Shown piece after piece: positions 54,303-64,000 of a DNA stretch of 64,000 nt (position 1 is its first letter; the number at the start of each line of letters is the position of its first letter). This DNA comes from Bugula neritina. Its lineage: Eukaryota > Animalia > Bryozoa. The notes under the pieces are model-generated. The model worked only from the letters and a program-made list of their open reading frames with translations, ran no database searches and was not told the DNA's origin. The DNA lies in assembly GCA_964035545.1 (NCBI GenBank), contig OZ037766.1, positions 23,424,767 to 23,488,766 on the forward strand, given 5' to 3'. The position numbers and the translations under genes were made by a program.

Positions 54303-57300
54303 TAACTAGTTCTCTTTACATCTGAATTGACTTTAAGCTGTTTATGTGACTTTCCAAGTCTGGCACAACTTCACACATATACTTCCCATTACTTCTGGTT
54401 TTGTCATCTGTCTTTCTCTTTGTTACATAATTTAAATTATATTTTTTGTTCCTTCTTTTTTTTATTTAGTATCAACGGTTCATTGCCATATGTTATATAC
54501 TAGTTTAAACCAATGATGAAAATGCATCTAGATAACACCTAGTGAGGATTTCAACTCATGCAAATACTAGATATAAAAACTAGGTTCAATCTGTCCAACT
54601 GGGAAAGTTTTGGTGTGATTTTATTTCTCATAGTGAGTTTATGGCTCTTGAGTTGGTTTATGCTGGTTACAGTTTATGTCATGTCATAGTAGAGCACTTT
54701 CTGAGACTTCCAGGATTGCAAGAAATTGTTCAAACTTGCTTTTTCATGTTATGGTTGCAGTTACATAGATCTTATGTATATAGTTCTAATTAATTATATA
54801 CAGTTTATACAATGTATGATATATTTGGTAAGATTGGTACTGATTTTCATATAAAAGAATTTTGTTGAATTAGTAAGTCAATTATATTGTACATTTGTCA
54901 ACATGCATTAAAGTATTATTTATAGAACTACAAAACTGTTGCAAAAAGTGATGGTCTCCATCAAGCCTGTGTTCTATCACTAAATAGTAGGTTGAAAATT
55001 GGGAGTTTTCTAGCCCAAACCTTAAATAGTTGGACAGAAGCTATTAAGATGGCTGTTGAAAATAGCTGAAAAACTCAAACTACTGGCTCCAACCACATGC
55101 ATTGTAGTGGGCCAATATGCAGCTGCTGTTTGAATGGTAAACTCCTATCTCAGGGTAATTATTGGCAAATACATTCGTTTGTAAGTTAAGCTGACAGAAA
55201 GAGAATATTGATTTGTCATCAGTAATGGTAAATTAGTTGTACATAGAGGCAGGCTTACAATGTATTAATATATACAAATGCTGCCAGCATTGAAGGGTAT
55301 GCTACATATTGACAGCCTTTCTGTTCTCTAAAAAGTTTAGAGACGATGCACCCTGTCCTTGCCAGTACTAAACGCTGTCGTAGATTCCAGGAGCAGACTT
55401 TAGCCACAAGTATTGCTGCAGTTCACTACATTATACTACTGCTGCATCAGCCTGCTTGGTTCTCTTTGCTCTTCATGTGGGAAATTCAACGCTGATAGAA
55501 CTAGAACAAAAGATTCTTTCATTTAGCTAGTAATGTTTGAGCACATTCTATCACGTTGACAAGCGTTCTTTATTCTCTCCATCATCGCTGCATACCTGGT
55601 CTGGTACCGATACCTTTGAAATTCTTGTAGACGCTAAGCCAACAGCATTGCCTCTTTACAAATGTAGATTTGCTTCTATGGATTGTTTGAATACCTTAAG
55701 GTTTGCGGCGGGTGAAATGGCACACATCCTACTCGAAGGCTATTGTTAGGAGCCCAAGGCTGTGTTTGGTTAAGGTGGAGTGTATATTATACTATAGTCT
55801 GTAAGACCTACAGGCTGTTGTATTGCAGGATAATACCCTAGCCTTTAGTTGATCCGCATCGTAGGGGGACGGGAAGCAGGAGTGCCGCTAAAAAGTGAAA
55901 TACCACTGGACTAAAGTGGTATAGATTGTAGAGCATGCTGTGTAATTCAGTGAAATATGAGCCCTTCTTTAGATGGTTTGGTGATTAGCAAGCATAGGCT
56001 AGCTGATGGTTGCGTTCTAGCTATGTTGAAGTGTTTAGTACATGCAGACACTGGAGTGAGGCGGCTGATAATGCAGCTTATATAATTCTCTCCTCTGCTG
56101 CCTCCATCGCCATTGCTAGGTGCCACATGAGCAGCTGACTACGGACAGCTGACTACAACATGTCACTGGGATCACCTCTCTCTTAATTACTTTCATCCTC
56201 TCCATTCTTTCCCTAGCAGGTCATATCAGTCTAAAATCATGTCTGGAAATATTTTAACATATCAAATTAAGTTGACCTCTTTGTACAAGGAACCATGAGC
56301 TAAACCCTGCAGTGCTGTCGGCTGTTTACTGTTTTATTGCCAGAACTATATACAGTCTTCTCTCAATATGCTATACTATAATATATTATACTTGTACAAC
56401 TTTTCGTACTGGAACACGTATAGCTCCTTCTACTGTATTAAATTTATTACCTGTAATGTTTTACAATAATTTGTGCTATTGAAACTTGGGCTCCTTAGAT
56501 TCTATAATTATTCAAAGTGTCAGGCAGCTGCAAGAAAGCCACCTGCCTACTAATAAGCAGTCCCAAACCAACCCTAAACTCCACACCAAGTATAACTCTA
56601 AGCTCATTTTATGTTACTATACTCTACACAAGTGCAAGTACTTCGTCTATATCTATTAAATATCATCACTGAGTTTACATTCCCAGGCTGCCTCCACCTC
56701 TAGCTGGATCTCATTCAGTCAGCAATTGGAAATATTTTAGGGTGATTTGAGCAGCTCATATGAATACATAGTTGACATCTGGTTCAGATAACAAATAGCC
56801 ATTGCAGTGTGTTATGATATGCCATGCCTGCATTACAACTACTACTATATATTGTACTACTTGCTGACTCTCCATCTCTCCAGTGGCTACACTGCACCTG
56901 CTGCTGCTGGTTCATTAGCATGCCAGCACACTGCAAGTTAAGTTAATTGGTGAAAACACACAAGCAGTCAGCCTGGCACCATTTGCTGCCACTGGTAATT
57001 ATAGCTTAGACCAAGGCATTGCATAAACTAAGGTTCGAGAATAAATGCAGGATAGCTAAGGTTAAAGAAAGGACACACCAGTGGGTGTAGGGGAGAAGGC
57101 ACCAGAAGTTCAATCTTGTGAGGGAAGGGTGGTGAAAGGTAATGATGGAGGGGGGGGGGTAGAAAAAGAGTGCAAGGGTGGAATGGTGAACAAGCAGGGG
57201 TGACTGATAATAACAATAATGAAGAAGGAGATATAAAGAAATGAGTGTCCAATGATAAAAAGGATATGGAGGAATGGCAGAGAAGATGGGGGAAGAGATT

Positions 57301-58367
57301 GGTTAGAGATGGAAGAATGGGAGGGTGGCGATTTGAAGTTAGTAAAATAATTTGGCAAATTTGTAACAGTAACAGGAAATAATGCAGTGTGTTGTTGCAT
57401 GAGCCTTTCCTGGTATATATTAACCTGCATTTGTGTACACTGAGACTATAGTGTACGCTGTGGTCAGTGGTGTATAACTGTTCACATCAGCTCCTAAGTG
57501 GCAACTATATCGATTTTCATGAACCATAATTAGTGGCAAGTGATGGTAATACATCAGTGGTTTAGTTTCTCCAATTCATGCCAGCTTTCTCCTGCCTGTA
57601 GCTGGTCTCATTCAATGCATACGTCTTCTATTGTATGGCAGCTAACGTTTACAATACAACTTACACTGTCACTCTCATTTCATTCTCAATGGTGTGTTGT
57701 TTGATGGTTTACACGTTTCTGGCTTTTGTCTTGGTTGAATAGGCTTTTGCTCTTGCAGTTGATCCACTTATATATCGTGAGCTCTTATAAATAGGTTCTT
57801 TGTGTTTGATTAACCATATTCTAAGTAAGCATTGGTCTGCAGTTGGTAGCCATTACCAGTGTCTCAAATCTCACCGCTTTATTCTCTTAATTCTGAATGT
57901 TCATATTCAACTCTAGAAATGGTGAATGCTGTAACTGTTATATATAATTAATATAATATGTATTGATAGTAAGTTCTCTGAAAGACATTACGACATACTG
58001 GAGCAACAGAAATTCCTGTAATTCTGATTTCCTTGTACATTTTATGCTTTGATTTTATTTTTCAATATTTTATCAATTTATAGCTTATCTATATTTGCAG
58101 CTTCAACAGATTAATTTTGCTGTATTTGTTAATGACATATCTGTTGGTTGGGCGTGTGAATGGGGTTAAACAGAGCACTTTCTGGAAACTAACAACATCT
58201 GAACTGGACTCTGAATTACTAGCTGCTAGGTCTTAGCATTTTATAATAGTCTTCCAGTAATACATTCACTTCAAATCTTCTAATTAGGTCACATTTTTAA
58301 TTGTTAATTTCTTATTAATACCTTAAATATAAGATATTTGTGGGAATAAAATGAAATGTAAATAAAT

Positions 58368-58530
58368 TAGGTGCAGTAGTGAAGAAATTTTATTAGCCTA
58401 AGTTCTTTAACTTGCTTGATAAATTTCGGTTTTGGGGTGAAGATTGAAATTCTTGCAAGAACTTAACTTCCTTTGCTGCATTTCTAATCTAGAATACGGG
58501 CTTTTCTCGATTTCTCCAATGCTGCACCTA
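58368..58530. mobile_element. MITE with ~21-bp terminal inverted repeats
   Basis: taggtgcagtagtgaagaaat versus atttctccaatgctgcaccta; homologous to 23730-23868. Confidence 0.7.
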
Positions 58531-59087
58531 TATAACAATGTGATACGTGTGTATTAAGTCCTTGGTGATGACAAAAGTAATGGTGGCTAGGTTGCAGCGT
58601 GAGTATATCGTGAAATATATTATATTGGTTTAAGTTTCATGCTGCTACTTCAGGCATACCCTGCACCTACCATAATCCTTGTTAGTTTATCACTTGTCCT
58701 TAGAGGGTTTCCACGAGGTTTCATTCTATTCATCTATTTGTTAAATTTGAGACATCTTTTATACTCTCTCTTACTTGATTGATGATTGGTTGTTTTTTCT
58801 GGTTGACGCTATCAGCTATAAAGAGAATAGGGGAGAAAAGGAGTTGCTGTGTATAACTGGTGTACTACATGGGTTTAATTAGGGCTCGGCATTCAGCTGT
58901 TGCAGTAGCCGTAGTGATTGCAGGTCACTTCTGGTTAGTTGTTAGTGGTACTACTGCTGCGATTGTATTTCTGTAGCCAGATCTAATTTTCAGTCTCTAC
59001 TCATTCTAAGCTTTACCTAAACCTGTATGGCAAGGACATGACCCCACAGGATATTATATAATATACTTGTCTTCACACTGTTGCTAG

Positions 59088-59401
59088 GATACGCCGGATA
59101 CTTATAATCAAATGGAGGATACTGGTGGTGGCCTGCTGGAAGCTGATGAGTTTGATGATGTATACACAGTCATACCTACAGCCCCAGAAGATCCGATTCC
59201 AGACAGCTATCCCACTACTCCTTCCGTACACCAATCTCCTACCAATGCTAGTCGGCATGGGAAGGGACATCACCCTGCCAGCATGGTACCCACCCACACT
59301 TTAAATGGAACTTCTAGTCTACACACATCAGTCATTAACCGTTCACCTCGGCCTTCCAAGCCAAGCCGTAACAGAGAAACAGGAAGTAAGAGAAGAGATG
59401 G
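59088..59401 (+). CDS. Probable coding exon (low-complexity Pro/Ser/Thr-rich N-terminus) of an unidentified gene continuing beyond the window
   Basis: CTAG acceptor at ~59087, ATG at 59112, open frame MEDTGGGLLEADEFDDVY...GSKRRD, strong G|GTAAGT donor at ~59401, GC content above flanks. Confidence 0.6.
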
Positions 59402-60024
59402 TAAGTTTTTGGTCTATCAGTTTCCACCAGTTGTTTAAAAGCCATAGTATATAATACTATATAAATAGTATGCATGCTACAGCAAGATACTTTGCTCAAT
59501 GACGCTGCTCCATCATATTCCTATACACTTGCTGCATCTTAATTTAGATGCTGTATTGCAGAGTTTTCAATCAGAGCCCTAGTTGCCTTGTAGTAGTGTG
59601 CACTTCAGGTTGAGGCTTTGCAATGTACGCTCCTTAAAAGACTAGTTCTCTTTCGTAGTTGATGTGGGGCAGGTTCCAGCCCGAACTTACATTTGTTATA
59701 CTAGTGAATACATGTTATTGCTGCAATAGTGTGTATAAATATTTCTGTATTTGGGGAGAGAATACAAGCATTAAATTCCCTTCCCTTCTGGTAGGGGTGG
59801 TCTGCGTGACTTCGCAGTTTTGGGAGGATTTCTTTAGTATTGGAAAACTTGTAAGGCTGGTGCGTTCACCTGAACACTTTGTAGATGTTTTCAAGTAGAA
59901 GTTAGCCATTGAAATACACCCAACCGAAGCTGTTTACTTAGAGGTATTGAAAAGTATTGTTCAAACAGAAGGACTGGAGTTGATAATTAAAACCATTCTC
60001 TCTAAGCCATTGCCTCCCATAAAC

Positions 60025-60378
60025 CTCTAGTAACTGCTGCCTTTACTCTCTAGTAACTGCTGTCTCTACTCTCTAGTAACTGCTGCCTCTACTCTCTAGT
60101 AACTGCTGCCTCTACTCTCTAGTAACTGCTGTCTCTACTCTCTAGTAACTGCTGTCTCTACTCTCTAGTAACTGCTGCCTTTACTCTCTAGTAACTGCTG
60201 TCTCTACTCTCTAGTAACTGCTGCCTTTACTCTCTAGTAACTGCTGCCTTTACTCTCTAGTAACTGCTGTCTCTACTCTCTAGTAACTGCTGTCTCTACT
60301 CTCTAGTAACTGCTGTCTCTACTCTCTAATAACTGCTGCCTCTACTCTCTAGTAACTGCAGCCTCTACTCTAATAACT
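60025..60378. repeat. Minisatellite, 23-bp unit (ctctagtaactgctg(c/t)ct(c/t)tact), ~15 copies
   Basis: Direct inspection. Confidence 0.97.
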
Positions 60379-60920
60379 GGCCAAGACATGGAAACTCGTA
60401 TCCGCTACCAACATCAAGTTCCTATTATATCTCAAAATATGCAAATCTGCATTCATATATATTCATATATAATATATTATGCTTACAATATATACATCTT
60501 AAATATACGTAATATATGGTTATAGTATATTCATATTAGACATATATATAATATATGCTTACAATATATACATGTTAGATATACACATCTCCCTTCTCTT
60601 CTGTGCCACGTAACCCAGCATTAGAAAACGCATCTTATAGTTCTAGTTGCTGCCATTCCTGGGTAAGGAGTTCGTGGAAGCAAATAACTATTTTTAGTGA
60701 ATAGTATGGAGTTCTGCATGTAAATCCTGCACCCAGACTCTAATAATATGACATCAAAGTTGAGCAAGTTTAGGACTGTTGTACATAAGTGGTGACAAGG
60801 GAAGATGTAGAGAATGAAGCTGATTGCAAGAAAAAGTGAACAAACATCATTGGGTTGATGGTGAGGCCAGAAATGAGAAGGTTTTCTTAGTTGTTGCCCA
60901 TCCGCTTATTTCCTGTCTCA

Positions 60921-61019
60921 CTGTAGAATTATTACCTGTATCTCTGTAGGATTATTACCTGTATCTCTGTAGGATTATTACCTGTATCTCTGTAGGATTA
61001 TTACCTGTATCTCTGTAGG
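60921..61019. repeat. Minisatellite, 23-bp unit (ctgtaggattattacctgtatct), ~4 copies
   Basis: Direct inspection. Confidence 0.95.
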
Positions 61020-63413
61020 GAGAAGGGTGGTTCTTGTCTAGTAAACTAATTATGTAATGGCCGTAGTCATTGTGAATGAGCGAGTCAAAAGGAGATTGGA
61101 ACAGGAAATATGTTGCAGATAAGCATCCAAATTCATGACTACATATCTAAAAGCCGACTGGGCTGGAAACTTCTAGATTTCATTAACTCAGTTTTCATAC
61201 TCTCTTGTCAGCAAGCACTAAAAGTTGTTCTTTTAGCCAGGACAGGGCGTTGGGGTTTTTCTTCATTGGAACTCTTATGGACAGTTTTGTTTCTTTTTAT
61301 TAGCTGAATATCAGCTAGTGTTGAACTGATGGTAGCAGAGTGTTTCCCTGTGATCTGTTCAGTGTAGAGTCTGTCTGTGCTTATATTATTATGATTTCTT
61401 GTTTGAGTTTCATTCAAATGATACAATTAGTGGAGGAGAAAGAATGGAGTAGACTCCTGAATATGACAAGTGGGTTAGCTACTGTGATGGAGTACTACTG
61501 CAATGGTGCTTACTGGCAAGTAATTGTGTGTGGAATAGAATAAAGAAAGTTTACTATTGTGATAGCATCAAGTGACAATACCTTTTTCAGAGGTATAAGC
61601 CAAGACGGCATGCTAACCTATTCACTAAGGCATAAGCAATTTCAGCCATAGAGCACTAGCAAGATGGTTCTACTAACCAATGAGTGGTTAAATGTCTTTC
61701 ATGGACCAGAAAATTTTTCCAAATGCTGTACTTTTTTGAAATAGCTTTAGAATATGTTCTAATTTTTCCAGGATATTGCTCTGTCTGTTTATGCAGGCAA
61801 GGTTTTGCAAAGGAAATTCGAGAGCTTTAAATGCAGCTTTAAGAGCATAGTATTAGTAGTAGCGCTCCGGTTTTGTAAACACCATAATATTGACTACTCC
61901 AATACTAATGCTAAAAGACAAGTTAATATAATATTCTCTTGCATGCAGCATAACTAAAGACATTCCATAATTTTAGCTGTCTTTCCATTCACATTCAAAT
62001 CATTTTGCAAAGGTATTTCTTTTTGTTGCAAAAGTTTCTTACAACTTCACATCATATTTCTTCTTCAGTTCTGTAATTGGTAATGTTGTACCTTGATTTA
62101 CTCTGGCATTTGTTTGAGTTCGGAAACTACTTACTGATGTTGCTAATTTTTTATTCAATTCCAATTATTTATTCTGTGTTATTGTTGTTATGAAGAAAGC
62201 TATGACAACTCCAAAAATATTATTTTCTAGTGTTCATGAGGTACTTCTGGATTCTGGGAATTTGCTGAAAATGTGTTTTGTTACCTGTAGCAATTGAATA
62301 TGGCTGTTTCTTTTTATTTGTCTATTTTGTTCATTTCTTGTGACCATTCATTTAATTTTGATTTGTGAAGGGCTCACAAAATATTTCTATTTGTGCTTAT
62401 TCACATGGTACAACTTCCATTGGAAGGTTTTTTTTAAAATAGTTTCATTATGACTCTTTCTCCAACCTACTTCCAACTTAGCTCCAATCCTATCAAGTTA
62501 TCACTCCCAACGTAGTGTTTGGTGTCTTCAGAGTTGTCCTTTCTTTTAGAATGGCATTAGTATTCATTGTAGTTCTGTGTTCTGCCTAGTTATAATTGTC
62601 CCCTCCTAGTGCCTTCAAGTAAAGTGCATGCATAGTTATTGGTTAGGTGCCACACTTTTTATTGAAAAGGTGTTTCTATAGAGTTTTGGGCTGTCAAACA
62701 TTTACAGCCATATTTGAATAACAAACTGTGTCCTAGGATTTCCTGTAGACAGCCTTAAGGCTACAAGTTTTGGAAATCAAGCATGACCATTTCGAAGTAT
62801 GCAGCTAGCAGCTTTAATACATTTTTCACGAACTATTTAGTTATCACATTTTCACATTTATGGCATTGTAATTATTTCAGAGTTACAATTGTATAGTTAA
62901 GGACAATTTTTGAAAATTTTTAGAATGTGTTTTAAGGCTTATTAGTAGTTTGATTTTTTCATTTTCAAAACAAATCTATGAAACCAAGTCTTCACTGGAA
63001 GAGAGGAGATGAAGCAACCTCAAAGCTGTTAAGATTGCAAAGAATACAAGTAAAATATATGCAAATCACTGTCAAAGAACATATTTTAGTGTTTATTTAG
63101 TTATGCTGCAAACATTAAATTAATTGTTAGAGTTATCAGTGGGAAAAGAAGATGCCACGGTTTCTCTTTGTGCAACCTTCCTGAGCTTATAGTCACTTCC
63201 GTGCTAATAATCTTAATTCTTAAAATCCTGAATCACAAGAGGTGAAATGAACCCAAAATTCTCATAAAATTCTATGTCTGTGTGAGAAACCTGGTGTGGT
63301 ACTACTGCAATATCTCAGTATACAGCTGGCATGTAGTTGCTGTTCAATATATAATTTACTGAATGGCATGTGCCTTCTACATCTTTCATTTTCTTCACTC
63401 CACGGATCGCTGT

Positions 63414-63450
63414 CTGCTGCTGCTGCTGCTGTTGCTGCTGCTGGTGGTGA
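63414..63450. repeat. Imperfect (CTG/CAG)n trinucleotide repeat
   Basis: ctgctgctgctgctgctgttgctgctgctggtggtgatg. Confidence 0.85.
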
Positions 63451-64000
63451 TGCCTCAGCAAAAGTGCTGTGGCAGATATCTGTAGCCCAGGGCTGTGGTC
63501 ACAGAGCAACACTCTACAGCACAAGCAGCTCTGTGCTGAGTTGGCTTGTAGGCTTTGGGGACTGGCTGGGCATTATGTTGAGTTGTAGTAGATATGGACA
63601 CAGCACACAATGCATATCTCATACGTTCTGCTGTTAGCCCATTGATTATCAGTGGAGACTGAATAAAGGTTTGCTTTTAAGCAGGTTGATTATCTTTAGC
63701 TGCGTTGGCACACAGAGCAGAGCCCAGTACCTTACACAGAGCGGAGTTAGTAAATACAGTAGTTGAGTGAACTCGTTACTCGTCGGGTTGACGAACGGGT
63801 GGTTGACAGGGCGCCCGTTACATTAGTACACTAGCAGTGAGTAATCATCGCAATCTGTTGCTCTCTCTCGCAGCAGTTTGCCAGTTGTACCAGTATCATA
63901 TTAACGATAGAGCAGCTATCTACCGTGAGTCGTGACAAAGAGAAGATAGAGGAAGAGCGTATGGTAGTCATGGCTATTGGCTTACATCTACTTGATTGAT

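Noticed and set aside
57028-57430. Pro/Ser/Leu-rich minus-strand ORFs
   Set aside because: They arise from a purine-rich low-complexity tract, with no splice or homology support.
51780-61019. Tandem arrays as possible CRISPR or coding repeats
   Set aside because: No unique spacers, eukaryotic context and no cas genes; these are minisatellites and their ORFs are artefacts.

Overview
AT-rich, intron-containing animal (invertebrate-like) genomic DNA; the species cannot be determined from the sequence. Left end: the 5' part of a decayed Ty3/Gypsy LTR retrotransposon on the minus strand (LTR, tRNA-Leu PBS, gag, -1 frameshift signal, protease/RT/RNase H), then a decayed LINE RT fragment interrupted by a solo LTR. 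Spliced host genes follow: an unnamed PH-like/phosphotyrosine-motif adaptor (-), LMAN2/LMAN2L (-), NDUFS3 (+), a large mosaic C-lectin/TSP1/sushi/FN3 membrane protein (-), PEPD (+), DNAJA2 (-), and the start of an unidentified large-intron gene (+). Introns hold MITEs, tRNA-SINE fragments, microsatellites and minisatellites. Two signals stand out. (1) Kilobase-scale islands of (TNA-NNN)n with 6-bp periodicity and varied spacers flank the inferred promoters and first introns of the housekeeping genes and were not noticed elsewhere. (2) A minimal type I hammerhead ribozyme motif sits between two (TA)n tracts. Exon boundaries and periodicity were read by eye and need computational confirmation.
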